Part shown: in pieces, positions 49,360 through 58,992 of the stretch
How positions within the stretch are numbered: the first letter of the stretch is position 1
Layout: every line of letters begins with the position of its first letter
Virus record (IMG/VR): IMGVR_UViG_3300020469_000002
Span: 10,928-74,927 of that record
Length of the DNA stretch: 64,000 bases
Source of the DNA: a virus
Direction: 5' to 3' (one strand)
The notes under the pieces: generated by a model
Seen by the model: only the letters and a program-made list of their open reading frames with translations
Databases searched by the model: none
What the model was told of the DNA's origin: nothing
Position numbers and translations under genes: made by a program

Positions 49360-50109
49360 TCACTGCCAGCACTTCGTTACCGAATGTTTCACTATCTCGT
49401 GATCGTGTACTCGATTGAAGCATGTTGAGGACGGCGCAGCGACTCCAACGCGCGCCTTCATGTCTTCGGGTGACCAGACTGTGCAATCCAGCGCTTTGTG
49501 ATGTGGGAATCTTGCGCGTAGCAAGTCTTCGAACGTCGTCTCGGGTGGGCACAGTGAAGCGATGGGCGAAAGCTCGTCTCGCAAGATGTAGCCGGAGAGT
49601 GCTTTCGCTGTGTCTTCAACCCATGCGCGATTCGATCTCGTGTACGAGTTGACGAAAGACCAAGCAGAGGATTGCTCTGGAGTAGTGAAGGCGACGCGCA
49701 AGACGTTGCTTCCGTGCTGAAGCGCCAAGTGCTCTGCGACGAGCTTGGATGAAGCGTAGACATTCGCGGATTCGTTGAGAAGCAGCGGCACAACGTAGTC
49801 CGTCGATATGTAGACGGATTCGACGAGATGATCAGTGCAGACCCGGGAGACGACAGACGCGATCTGAGGGTTGATGGACGCGTACTCCAGATCTCTTTCG
49901 CATCGAGCTACGTCCGTCGCTGCTGCGAGACATACGCATCTGTCTATCGAGTGTTCCACGAGGAACATTGAGAGATCTTGCGCGCTCAGAGCATCGAGAT
50001 CAGCGCGAGAAGGGAAGAACGCCGTGGCGTTACCTTTAGGCAGAGAAGTTTTCAGTCTCCTGCCGAGCCTTCCGCTGCCGCCGAGAATCAGCAGCCTGCG
50101 CGCCTTCAC
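49360..50109 (-). CDS. rmlD: dTDP-4-dehydrorhamnose reductase-like
   Basis: ILGGSGRLG, AAATDVARCE, YISTDYV, NVYASSKLVAE. Confidence 0.8.
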   Translation of the reverse strand: MKARRLLILGGSGRLGRRLKTSLPKGNATAFFPSRADLDALSAQDLSMFLVEHSIDRCVCLAAATDVARCERDLEYASINPQIASVVSRVCTDHLVESVYISTDYVVPLLLNESANVYASSKLVAEHLALQHGSNVLRVAFTTPEQSSAWSFVNSYTRSNRAWVEDTAKALSGYILRDELSPIASLCPPETTFEDLLRARFPHHKALDCTVWSPEDMKARVGVAAPSSTCFNRVHDHEIVKHSVTKCWQ

Positions 50110-50501
50110 TGTTCTGGAGCGTCGCTTTCAGTCGTTACGCACGAGGACTGAAGAGCAGCGAGCATCGCGTCTTCCACTTTTCGACACTCGGGACGTTGAG
50201 CACTGGACTGCCCGTACTGCAAGCATGTCGCCCAAGCGCACATTGGCGAGTCCGGACTGCCGCCCGAATCTTTCAAGCACTGAATGGGGATTGCAGCGAG
50301 CGTAGCGCGAAGCTCGGCATCGAGGACGACTGGCTGAGTGGCAGCAGTCAGGATCTCAGTTTGTCCGTCTACGATCAGATCGAGAGTCTGGTTCTGCTGT
50401 GCAAGAACTCTCTCCGTGTCATTCGATTTGAGCCCCCACCCAATGCCGAAACCTGCTCCTGCTGCTGCGAGAAGCCCTACAACCAGTAGTGTTGCCGCCA
50501 T
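50106..50501 (-). CDS. Membrane-anchored Cys-rich protein in the lysis cassette
   Basis: N-terminal TM segment; several Cys; directly downstream of the holin. Confidence 0.6.
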   Translation of the reverse strand: MAATLLVVGLLAAAGAGFGIGWGLKSNDTERVLAQQNQTLDLIVDGQTEILTAATQPVVLDAELRATLAAIPIQCLKDSGGSPDSPMCAWATCLQYGQSSAQRPECRKVEDAMLAALQSSCVTTESDAPEQ

Positions 50502-50505
50502 TCCT

Positions 50506-50709
50506 TCACTCCCCATCAGCTTCGCTCTCCGCGATTGCCTTCTTTCCATCGACATACGATTGACCGAACACGTATGCAACAAGAATGGCAGCGGACAGCG
50601 ACATCGCGTCGTATGCGGAGATCTCTTCTGTCAGAAGTTGACCAACGACGGGAAGCACCGCTCCGATCAGAGCAAGCCAGAACTTTCGAGATTTGAGACG
50701 ATCGGGCAT
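50506..50709 (-). CDS. Holin
   Basis: LKSRKFWLA, two TM segments, AYVFGQSYVD, charged C-terminus; adjacent to the endolysin candidate. Confidence 0.7.
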   Translation of the reverse strand: MPDRLKSRKFWLALIGAVLPVVGQLLTEEISAYDAMSLSAAILVAYVFGQSYVDGKKAIAESEADGE

Positions 50710-50711
50710 CA

Positions 50712-51317
50712 CTACCTCCATTCATCCAAGAGTGTGTAGGTGAACTTTGTCCAAGTGGGATGAGCTTCAAGCTGCTTGTGGGCGAGCGCCATCATCGCGT
50801 CGAATCCGCCCTGAGTCGCGTGTACTTGGCACCCTGCACTCCACTTGCCTACCCGGGTAGATCGAGCATCCCCACGCTTGTTTTGCGCGCTTGCGTGGAT
50901 GTTGATTCCATAGATGCCCTCGACCGGATCGCCTTCGAAGTCCAGCACATTGTCGCGATCGTCGTCTCGCCACACCTTCACAGGAGCGCATTGGACAAGT
51001 GCTTCATACTGTCCTCGATGCTTCCCAATCATGTATGCGCTGCGATACTGCCCGGTTGCGAGAATCGCTGTTCCCGCGCTGTTCATCGGATCTTTGAGAT
51101 AGTCCGCGCCCGGATCGGTGGTAGCGGGCCAATAGTCAATCCGCCACGGACCGTCAGCAGTCTCACGATACGCGCATCCAATCAGATCGTCGAAAGAATC
51201 AGCGGTTCTGTTCGGAGAGCGAATCCCGAACAAGTTGAGATCGTATGGGCCGCTGTCAAAAACAGCGTATCCAAGCGATTCCATACGAAGAAGAACGGGT
51301 GGTAGCTCACTTCCCAT
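50712..51317 (-). CDS. Putative endolysin, YkuD/L,D-peptidase-like
   Basis: GINIH...WSAGCQV His/Cys motif; adjacent to the holin. Confidence 0.6.
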   Translation of the reverse strand: MGSELPPVLLRMESLGYAVFDSGPYDLNLFGIRSPNRTADSFDDLIGCAYRETADGPWRIDYWPATTDPGADYLKDPMNSAGTAILATGQYRSAYMIGKHRGQYEALVQCAPVKVWRDDDRDNVLDFEGDPVEGIYGINIHASAQNKRGDARSTRVGKWSAGCQVHATQGGFDAMMALAHKQLEAHPTWTKFTYTLLDEWR

Positions 51318-51467
51318 CAAACTTACTCACTTTTGAGAATGATTGAGCCAGAACGCTCTGCGCTCGCGCTGAAATACGCACAGGGCGCAATAAATACCGA
51401 GCAGCACGGACATCGACTCTCGACTGCATGAGAAGAACGGCACACTGCTTCCGTCGATTGTCGTCTT

Positions 51468-51779
51468 TCATGATTGACCCGGCTGCTGAAGCATGGCGAT
51501 CACTGTTTCCAGTCGATCGTCTACTGCTTGAAGTCTGTGATCCACACTTACCAGACTCGTTTCGTCTTTCCGTTGTCTGCTCTCGACCATTGAAAGACGC
51601 TTCGTGAGTCCTGCGCCTTGCAGGCGATCTTTCCATGACTGAACCTCGCCCAGCTTTGCCTGCAACGCTTCGATCTTGTCTTCCAGTTGATTGTTTGCTC
51701 GACTCCAGACCGTTTCGATCGCTACTGCCAGCGAAATAATCAGAGGAGCCCAGGTAGCCGCAAAATCCGTCACGTCCAT
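51468..51779 (-). CDS. TM plus coiled-coil protein
   Basis: N-terminal hydrophobic helix, heptad pattern; upstream of the endolysin. Confidence 0.55.
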   Translation of the reverse strand: MDVTDFAATWAPLIISLAVAIETVWSRANNQLEDKIEALQAKLGEVQSWKDRLQGAGLTKRLSMVESRQRKDETSLVSVDHRLQAVDDRLETVIAMLQQPGQS

Positions 51780-51964
51780 CGCACGCCTCGACACTATTCT
51801 CGATCGCGTAGACGGGGGAAGTGTCAAGCTCTGTTCGCTTCATGGACAACTCTCCCGCGGCACTTACATCGTCGCACGTTTTGCCCACTGTGTCGACTTA
51901 GACAGATCGTAGTGGTTGTGTGCGAAAACGCTTCGAAGGACCTACAAACAGTCGGAGGTCGGTA

Positions 51965-52819
51965 ATGCTGAATCTTTCGAGTCTTCCAACAACCGCAGCA
52001 GCACGAATCGCAAAATGCGTCCCTCGTCGCGATGCGGGCGGTTCAATCGTTTGGGATGTTGACGTGGTAGTCGATATTTCGAGCGAAGAAGACGCAAAAA
52101 TGGTCGAGTCATTCGTCCCTGGAACAATCAGACAGTACAAGGCGGGACACGAGCTTTCTTCAAACGGATCTGCGAAAGTCGCGGGTGGATTCGATGTTGT
52201 TCGAGTGTTCTTCGACGAGATCGATGGAAGCGAACAAATCGCAAGCGGACATGCAGATGTTCGACAGTGCGTTGCGAACGTGAAGGGCGACAGTTCCGTA
52301 CTTGTCGTCAAGTTTCGAGTTCACGGATTGCTCCCGCACGCTGCTGCTGATCTTGCGTACTCTCTTGACGACTGTGTGGACGTTCGGGTCGAGTCTCACC
52401 GAGCAGTTTCGTCGTCTTCGAGCGAGTCGAGGAATCAAGACTTGTCGAACCTTGTCGGATCGCTGATTGCGATCGAAGACACGGCTGGAATCGTGATCAA
52501 AGTGGACGAAGAGTCGATTCTTCTGTCATCCCTCGTCGGATCGCGATTCAGAGTCAAACATTCCGGAAAAGCATATCGGTCACTTCAAGTGAAGTTCGTG
52601 GATTCGAAGATTCAAGACTTCGCGGGAGTGTGTCTCGAAGAGACAGGGCACGTTCTTCTCTGGAACGACGTGATCGAAGCAATCGGGCTGCTTTACGCTC
52701 GGAATGAGCTTCTTCCGGCAGCAGATTTTTCATGGGTAATCGAAGATCAAGTGCTGGAGCAAGCTCTCGATGTTCTCCAGCGAAGAGTCAAGCCGGAATC
52801 TGATCAGGAGAAAAGTTGA
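51965..52819 (+). CDS. Hypothetical protein
   Basis: GGAGG RBS, long ORF. Confidence 0.7.
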   Translation: MLNLSSLPTTAAARIAKCVPRRDAGGSIVWDVDVVVDISSEEDAKMVESFVPGTIRQYKAGHELSSNGSAKVAGGFDVVRVFFDEIDGSEQIASGHADVRQCVANVKGDSSVLVVKFRVHGLLPHAAADLAYSLDDCVDVRVESHRAVSSSSSESRNQDLSNLVGSLIAIEDTAGIVIKVDEESILLSSLVGSRFRVKHSGKAYRSLQVKFVDSKIQDFAGVCLEETGHVLLWNDVIEAIGLLYARNELLPAADFSWVIEDQVLEQALDVLQRRVKPESDQEKS

Positions 52820-52822
52820 GCG

Positions 52823-53152
52823 ATGGAATATCGAGCGCGTCGAGAAATGACGTTCTCCCTCAACGGGCGAACGAATCAACAAACGAAGATCAACCCAGGA
52901 ACAACGCTCGAAGCAGTTCAGCTTTCGGAGGTAGATCCGGTAGAGCGAAAAAATCTGGAGAAAATGCAGCAGCGAGAGCAGAAGAGCGATTCTCGGGTTC
53001 GACTTCTCTTCTTTCGCTGGCAAGGAGTCGTGCGATCAGCGCACGCCGGTCGAGATCTCGAAGTGGTCACGAAGAGACGCTCAATCCCAACAGAAAAGTC
53101 GAAAAGTCGCAGACTGAGACGAGATCGAACAAAATGGGGAGATCGAAAATGA
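52823..53152 (+). CDS. Hypothetical basic protein
   Basis: Tiles between neighbours with an ATGA overlap. Confidence 0.55.
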   Translation: MEYRARREMTFSLNGRTNQQTKINPGTTLEAVQLSEVDPVERKNLEKMQQREQKSDSRVRLLFFRWQGVVRSAHAGRDLEVVTKRRSIPTEKSKSRRLRRDRTKWGDRK

Positions 53153-53430
53153 AGGCACCCAAGGTGTATTTCGTCAAGCTCGACGATCCAGAGTTGAACA
53201 GTGGCGGGGATTGCGTTTCGCTTGAATCCATCCCATGGCTCGCATCTTTGCTCAACCAGGGATGGGTAATCGGGGCGCATTTCGTCGGAGAGAGGCAAGG
53301 ATCTCCGTGTCTTGCGCTTCTTCTGACTCCGCCGCTTCACAGAAAGCGAGAGAACGCGCTTATGACGGGTCTCTTCATCTGCTTGGCTGGGTTCGCAGCA
53401 GCAGCGTGGATCTTCATGGGGGCGACGTGA
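53149..53430 (+). CDS. Small membrane protein
   Basis: GGGAG RBS; C-terminal TM; GTGA overlap with the next gene. Confidence 0.55.
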   Translation: MKAPKVYFVKLDDPELNSGGDCVSLESIPWLASLLNQGWVIGAHFVGERQGSPCLALLLTPPLHRKRENALMTGLFICLAGFAAAAWIFMGAT

Positions 53431-55007
53431 ACGTAGAGCAAGTGTTGTTGTCGGATCTGAGGGGCGACCCGAAAAACCCGAGAAAACATGACGATCGAAA
53501 CATGCGAGCAATCGCGGATTCACTTCGTCTTCATGGACAAGTAGAGCCACTTGTGGTTCAGCAGTCTTCGATGATGCTGATCGCAGGAAACGGTCGAGCA
53601 GCAGCGATGAAGTCGCTTGGATGGACTCACGCGACCGTCGCTCTGCTTGACGTTTCAGACAGAGAGGCGAGGGAGCTTTCGATTCGTCTGAATCGAACCG
53701 GAGAGCTTGCCAGTTGGAACGATGACGTTCTCGCCCAGCACTTGAAAGATCTTGATGCTCTCGCATATGGAGAAGACTTCGGATTCAACGAAGAAGATCT
53801 CGAATCGCTCGTTGCCGAGTTGGATCAAGTGTTCGAAGATTCGGAAGACGAGTCAGTAGTCGAGGAAAAGAATCCGAACGACGAAAACCAAGAATATCAA
53901 GTAGACGAGCAATCCGTTGAATCGACGACGAAGAGTGGGGATGTGATTCGAGTCGGGGATCATCAGCTACATTGTGGAGACTGTATTCGAGTAATGGAAA
54001 AGCTCGAAAAGAACAGCGTAGACGCTATTGTGGGCGATCCTCCATACGGAATCGGCTTCATGTCGAAGGGATGGGATCAAAGCGTCCCAGGGCTCGACTT
54101 TGCTCGCGAGTGTTTTCGTGTCTTGAAGCCAGGAGGACATTTGATTTTGTTCGCTGCGACTCGCACGATTCATCGCTTGACGGTTGCAGTCGAGGACGCA
54201 GGATTCGAGATCAGAGATCAGATTTCATGGATCTATTGGACGGGCTTCCCGAAAAGCGTCCGAGTAGATCACGAGCTTTCGAAAAAGCATCCAGGCGAAA
54301 GTCAGTCATGGAAAGGCTTTGGGACCGGGTTGAAACCTGCAACCGAGCCCGCTGTGCTTGCGAGAAAGCCGCTTGACGGAACAATCGCGCAGAGTGTTGC
54401 TCGATGGGGTGTTGGGGGTCTGAATATCGAAGGGTGCAGATACCCGTATGGCCACAAATCATGGCCCGGGCCGGGCGAAAAGCTCAAACCCGCTGTCTAT
54501 TCTCAACCGCTTGCTCCGAAGACTGCGCTTGGAACCGGCAGAGCGGTTGAAGACGAGCGAAGAGAGATTTTCGTTGATGCGCCTTCTGGTCGATTTCCAT
54601 CGAACATATATCACTGCCCGAAGCCATCCAGAGCCGAGCGCGAAGAGGGCTGCGATCATCTTCCGACAAGATCGGGAGCAGAAGCAGTCGATCGCAAGGC
54701 AGGAACGAAGGGGTTGAGCAATCCTCGTGCTGGTGCAGGGAGGACGGCCAGCACTGTTCGGAACTGGCACCCGACCGTGAAACCAGTTGCCTTGATGCGA
54801 TGGTTAGTTCGACTGGTCGGGGGTCAGCCCGGTAGCGTTGTTCTCGATCCGTTTGCTGGAAGTGGAACCACGCTCGTTGCTGCACATGTTGAGGGTTTTC
54901 GATCAGTTGGTGTGGAGCTTGATGCGCGACACTGTGACATCGCGAGAGCGCGTCTGGAACATGCGGTCGAATACGAAGATCTCGAAGTCACCACAAATCA
55001 GGAGTAA
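53427..55007 (+). CDS. ParB/Srx-domain fused N6A/N4C DNA methyltransferase (beta class)
   Basis: DPKNPRKH...GQVEPLVV...IAGNGR; GDPPYG; HPTVKPVALMRWL; VLDPFAGSGTT. Confidence 0.92.
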   Translation: MNVEQVLLSDLRGDPKNPRKHDDRNMRAIADSLRLHGQVEPLVVQQSSMMLIAGNGRAAAMKSLGWTHATVALLDVSDREARELSIRLNRTGELASWNDDVLAQHLKDLDALAYGEDFGFNEEDLESLVAELDQVFEDSEDESVVEEKNPNDENQEYQVDEQSVESTTKSGDVIRVGDHQLHCGDCIRVMEKLEKNSVDAIVGDPPYGIGFMSKGWDQSVPGLDFARECFRVLKPGGHLILFAATRTIHRLTVAVEDAGFEIRDQISWIYWTGFPKSVRVDHELSKKHPGESQSWKGFGTGLKPATEPAVLARKPLDGTIAQSVARWGVGGLNIEGCRYPYGHKSWPGPGEKLKPAVYSQPLAPKTALGTGRAVEDERREIFVDAPSGRFPSNIYHCPKPSRAEREEGCDHLPTRSGAEAVDRKAGTKGLSNPRAGAGRTASTVRNWHPTVKPVALMRWLVRLVGGQPGSVVLDPFAGSGTTLVAAHVEGFRSVGVELDARHCDIARARLEHAVEYEDLEVTTNQE

Positions 55008-55010
55008 ACA

Positions 55011-55709
55011 ATGGATGTTGAAAGTATTGATCTCGCCGCCCTTGTGCATGACCCAAGGAACCCGCGAACCCATGACGAGTCGAACCTTAGCGCGATTCGT
55101 TCGAGTCTCGACGAGCACGGGCAAGTGGAACCAATCGTCGTTCAGAAGTCGTCCAAAATGATCATCGCTGGGAATGGTCGAGTCGAAGCGATGAGAGAGT
55201 TGGGTTGGAGCTTTGCAGAGTGTGTCGTGCTGGATGTCGATGATGCGGAAGCACGAGCACTCTCGATTCGTTTGAACCGGACTGCCGAGCTTGCGGGTTG
55301 GGACGACGACGTTCTCGCCCAGCATTTTTCTGAGCTACACACTCTTTCGCGGTTCGATCTCTCCAGCTTCGGTTTCAGTGACAGCGATCTTTCCGAAATG
55401 ATTGACTCTCTCGCTGAGAGTGTGGATCAGATCGAAGAAGAGCCCAGCGTCGAGCAGCCCAGTGCTGAAGCAGATCAAGACCCGCTTGACGAGCACAAGC
55501 AGCCCACAGACATGCGTGCGTCCGCACAGCGAGAGACGCGGCTCTACTTGTCGCCGGAAGACGACAAAGAGTTCCAGCTTCAGATTCGCGCACTCGCGAA
55601 AGATTACGTCTGTGTCAATGTGACGGATACGGTCGTCGAAGCTGTGTCGCGGGAGTTCTTCGCTCTTGAAGGGCGATCGCTCAAAGCTCAGAAAACAAAA
55701 GACAAATAG
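55011..55709 (+). CDS. ParB/Srx-domain protein, paralog of the methyltransferase N-terminus
   Basis: DPRNPRTH...GQVEPIVVQ...IAGNGR...SIRLNRTAELAGW. Confidence 0.85.
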   Translation: MDVESIDLAALVHDPRNPRTHDESNLSAIRSSLDEHGQVEPIVVQKSSKMIIAGNGRVEAMRELGWSFAECVVLDVDDAEARALSIRLNRTAELAGWDDDVLAQHFSELHTLSRFDLSSFGFSDSDLSEMIDSLAESVDQIEEEPSVEQPSAEADQDPLDEHKQPTDMRASAQRETRLYLSPEDDKEFQLQIRALAKDYVCVNVTDTVVEAVSREFFALEGRSLKAQKTKDK

Positions 55710-55878
55710 GATCAAGAGCTGATCGATGTTCTCGCAGTTTTGCCGATTCAGCACTGTATCTCGGGTAAGCGATCGCGTATAAGAGAGACGCGTTGACACA
55801 GTGCGATCGCGCTGTGTGATCGCTACATACGAACAGCAGCGATCAACCCGTTTGCTGCATTGACACGAGGACACTGCT

Positions 55879-56373
55879 ATGTCTGAAACTGAAATCTTGT
55901 GGGGTCACCGAAGAGCGGGCGACACCGCTCAATCCGTCGATTCCGATCCCCAAGCTGTGATTGTCGGAGAGCCTGACTGGTTCTACATTCCCGACGACCC
56001 GACGATGAAAGAGTTTGCGGGGCGAACCGCTCGACGAGTCGCTTCTGCCCGACTGCCGATCATCCCCAACTTCGTGAGCGAAGGGGAAGACTATCGAATG
56101 GCGGAACCGCCGTTCATCGACAACGACGGAAAAGATGTCAAGTGGCACGCCCTCGCGGTTGACGACTACTTGATCAATCTCGTCATCGTCGAGGGAGTCG
56201 CGGAAGGCTTCGCGATGATCGAAGTGAAAGATCAGATGGTCGCAACGATCGTCGCTCTCGCTTCGCTCGAAGCTGCGGAACGAGAAGTGTTGGTTCACTG
56301 CGGTTCGGAAGAGCAAGCTCAGAATGTGTTGGATCTGCTTCGCGACGCAGAACTGGGGGGCGACGATGTTTGA
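55879..56373 (+). CDS. Hypothetical early protein
   Basis: GAGGACACT motif before the ATG. Confidence 0.7.
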   Translation: MSETEILWGHRRAGDTAQSVDSDPQAVIVGEPDWFYIPDDPTMKEFAGRTARRVASARLPIIPNFVSEGEDYRMAEPPFIDNDGKDVKWHALAVDDYLINLVIVEGVAEGFAMIEVKDQMVATIVALASLEAAEREVLVHCGSEEQAQNVLDLLRDAELGGDDV

Positions 56374-56602
56374 TGGAAATGGAAGTCTCGCGAGTCGAGC
56401 ACTGTACTTCGTCGCTGGATCGTCTCTCGCGATCGCACTCACGATCGTTGTGGACTACACGATTGACGGAAACAAGCGTTTTGCGGAAATCGACGCTTGT
56501 GTCTCGAATCACTGGGAGCAGTTCGAATCGTTGAGGGGCGTCGAGCCCAGCGTCGAGGACGAAATCGACTTCCGCGACGCTTGTTCCCGGGGTGCGATGT
56601 GA
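56366..56602 (+). CDS. Small membrane protein
   Basis: N-terminal TM; overlaps neighbours. Confidence 0.55.
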   Translation: MFDGNGSLASRALYFVAGSSLAIALTIVVDYTIDGNKRFAEIDACVSNHWEQFESLRGVEPSVEDEIDFRDACSRGAM

Positions 56603-56604
56603 AA

Positions 56605-57396
56605 ATGATGGTCGTTTCTCCACAAGACGAGACGACCACTCTAAGACTCATGGAAGAGACGAGAGCAGTTCTTTTGGACAATCTCGTCTCTTCTCATGTT
56701 TCGGGGTGGTTGTCGGGCGACGTTCAATCCGAGTTCGTGACTCTTCTGCCCGAGCCCAGGACTACAGCAGAGAAGATTCGACTTCGTGTCGGATGGCTGA
56801 GATCTGAGTGCGTGACGATCGGACGATTGCTGGAAAAAGCACGCAAGATTCATGAGGATCGTCGTCTCTTCTTGTCGAGCCCATCAACAGATACTTGTGC
56901 TCGGTTGAGAGCCGAGTGGTTGAGGATGATTCGTGATTCCAGCACTCTCCCTCAAACTAACGACAGAGCCCAGGTCAGAGAACTGAGCAAAACATCTACT
57001 TCTCCCGAAAAGTGGATCACTGAACATGATCTGAAGAAGGTCGAAAACCTCGCGATGCAATCGTTGAAGAGGGAGAGCAAAGACAAGGGCGACTACCACT
57101 ACTGGCATCGTCTGGAAGATGTTGTGCAGGACGTTCTGCGAGATCTTCGCTCGCGAGTCGAGGACCAGGAACCTACGATTCACGAGATTGAGCGCTGGAT
57201 GAAATGGTTGAACGATTTTGTCCTCCCGCTCGTTGCAGTACGGGCAAAATCGATCTCGCTGGCCCGACTTCACCCGACGACGCTCGATCTTCTGTCTGCT
57301 CTTCGAAACGCACAAACTGGTTCGGGCTTTGTTCGAACAAGTGATGCTGTCAGAGAGTGGGTGAAAGCTGGAATGCCGGACACGATCGCGAAGTAG
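56605..57396 (+). CDS. Hypothetical protein
   Basis: Long ORF followed by a terminator. Confidence 0.65.
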   Translation: MMVVSPQDETTTLRLMEETRAVLLDNLVSSHVSGWLSGDVQSEFVTLLPEPRTTAEKIRLRVGWLRSECVTIGRLLEKARKIHEDRRLFLSSPSTDTCARLRAEWLRMIRDSSTLPQTNDRAQVRELSKTSTSPEKWITEHDLKKVENLAMQSLKRESKDKGDYHYWHRLEDVVQDVLRDLRSRVEDQEPTIHEIERWMKWLNDFVLPLVAVRAKSISLARLHPTTLDLLSALRNAQTGSGFVRTSDAVREWVKAGMPDTIAK

Positions 57397-57417
57397 AGCG
57401 ATAAGCGATCACACATA

Positions 57418-57452
57418 ACGCGCGGCGAGGATCACTTCTCGCTGCGCGTTTT
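57418..57452 (+). terminator. Terminator
   Basis: AACGCGCGGCGAG/CTCGCTGCGCGTT stem plus T run. Confidence 0.65.
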
Positions 57453-57474
57453 CGCGTATTCTGAGATCAGATTC

Positions 57475-57503
57475 TTTCATTCGGGTAACTCGCGCTGTAT
57501 AAT
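57475..57503 (+). promoter_or_regulatory. Early promoter
   Basis: TTTCAT-N17-TATAAT with TG; CAGAAGCGATCG downstream. Confidence 0.7.
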
Positions 57504-57558
57504 GCGAGAGCAGAAGCGATCGACAAGTGCGACGATCGCAGCAGCGACGAGGACCAAA

Positions 57559-57810
57559 ATGACAATCGACGAAATGAACGGACTACTTCGACGCGTTCAG
57601 GACCAGTTCGACGTGAAGATTGACTTCAACGGAAACATGTCTTGGAGAATCGACACGTCTTTTCAAGATCTGTGCCCAGAGCACGCGACGGGACTTGGAA
57701 AGAAGGTCTTTCTCGCGATCGAGAAGTTGCTTCGAAAGGAGTTGGATGCTGCTCGTGTGTGGGTCTACTCGACGCCCTACTTCACCAACATCCTGATTCA
57801 CGCGAAGTGA
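57559..57810 (+). CDS. Hypothetical early protein
   Basis: GAGGAC RBS. Confidence 0.65.
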   Translation: MTIDEMNGLLRRVQDQFDVKIDFNGNMSWRIDTSFQDLCPEHATGLGKKVFLAIEKLLRKELDAARVWVYSTPYFTNILIHAK

Positions 57811-57822
57811 TTGGAGAGAATC

Positions 57823-58077
57823 ATGTCTTACAAAGATCTGAATGCAAACGGAGAGATCAAGAGAGCGACAGAGGAAGTGAAGTGGTCGGAAGTCCAGCCG
57901 GGCGATGAAGTGGTCGTCTGGAGCGACGAAGGCGGCCACGGATACACGGGGAAAGTCAGTCGAGTCTCTCCGCGAAACGATCAGTCGACGAAGGGCTGGA
58001 GCTGGATCTACTTCGCTGATGGGCAGTTCACGACTGTCTGGCGGAACTGGACCGTGAAGCGCGTTGTCGCTTCGTAG
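57823..58077 (+). CDS. Small SH3/KOW-like protein
   Basis: SEVQPGDEVVV...GKVSRV; GGAGAG RBS. Confidence 0.6.
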   Translation: MSYKDLNANGEIKRATEEVKWSEVQPGDEVVVWSDEGGHGYTGKVSRVSPRNDQSTKGWSWIYFADGQFTTVWRNWTVKRVVAS

Positions 58078-58101
58078 ATCTTCACGATCGTGCGAGATCG
58101 C

Positions 58102-58137
58102 ATCGGGAACGTGCTATAGCAGCGCGTTCCCGATTTT
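58102..58137 (+). terminator. Terminator
   Basis: ATCGGGAACGTGCT/AGCGCGTTCCCGAT stem plus TTT. Confidence 0.65.
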
Positions 58138-58151
58138 GCTTCTGATAGTGC

Positions 58152-58180
58152 TTGATTTAGGATTAGCAGCAGAGTAGAAT
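58152..58180 (+). promoter_or_regulatory. Early promoter
   Basis: TTGATT-N17-TAGAAT. Confidence 0.75.
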
Positions 58181-58231
58181 CACAGAGCGTCAGAAGAGAT
58201 CGCAGCGCGCGACTCGACGCAAGAGGACACG

Positions 58232-58672
58232 ATGATGCTCGCAACGAACAATGGGCGCGTTGAGCGCGATGATGGGTACAACGACGACGACAACTTTGAC
58301 ATGCGGGTGTTGGGCAACTTCATGCTCGACATGGTTCGCAGCAGCAGTCCGATGGACTTGCTGCTCGCCCGAAACATGACGATCAAAGCAAACTGGATGC
58401 TTCGTCAGATCTCGCTGATGGACTTCTCTGCTGCGTGGTGCGACGACGAGCAGAAGCGGGAGGCGGTTTTCGCTCTCGACGTTCTGCAAGCTGTTGTGGT
58501 CGTGGTCGTGGAGTCGATGCTCAATCAGAGCAAGACGGAGTGGCCGGATGAGAACGCGAAGTCGGACGACGAGCTTCGTCAGACTTATCACCGGGCACTC
58601 ACGATGCAGCATGAGATCGTCGTCGCGATGTCTGGACTCGACGAAGTGCTTTGCGGACAGAGCCCACGATGA
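58232..58672 (+). CDS. Hypothetical early protein
   Basis: GAGGACAC motif. Confidence 0.7.
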   Translation: MMLATNNGRVERDDGYNDDDNFDMRVLGNFMLDMVRSSSPMDLLLARNMTIKANWMLRQISLMDFSAAWCDDEQKREAVFALDVLQAVVVVVVESMLNQSKTEWPDENAKSDDELRQTYHRALTMQHEIVVAMSGLDEVLCGQSPR

Positions 58673-58911
58673 GTCGAGTCATTCAAACACGACGCGCTCG
58701 CGAGACTGGAGCAACGATTCGCGTTCTCGACAATCGAGGAAGCGATTGGACCCTGGACCCCGAGAACTGGTACACGGAGTGCTTGACGCATGGAGACATG
58801 TGTGGGCACGACACGAGAGCCCAGGCAACTGGTTGGGCGGTTCAGCCCGCGATGTGGTGCGACGGATGCCGGGAGATCTTCAATCAGAAGAGGGCAGCGA
58901 ACACTCGCTGA
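58669..58911 (+). CDS. Small Cys/His protein
   Basis: ATGA overlap; CLTHG...WCDGC. Confidence 0.6.
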   Translation: MSRVIQTRRARETGATIRVLDNRGSDWTLDPENWYTECLTHGDMCGHDTRAQATGWAVQPAMWCDGCREIFNQKRAANTR

Positions 58912-58992
58912 GCCCAGCCGGGCACTGAGCCCAGCCGGGCGCTGGGGATGGACTCCAGCGCTCACCACCTTGGAACGAGAGAGGACAAGAAC

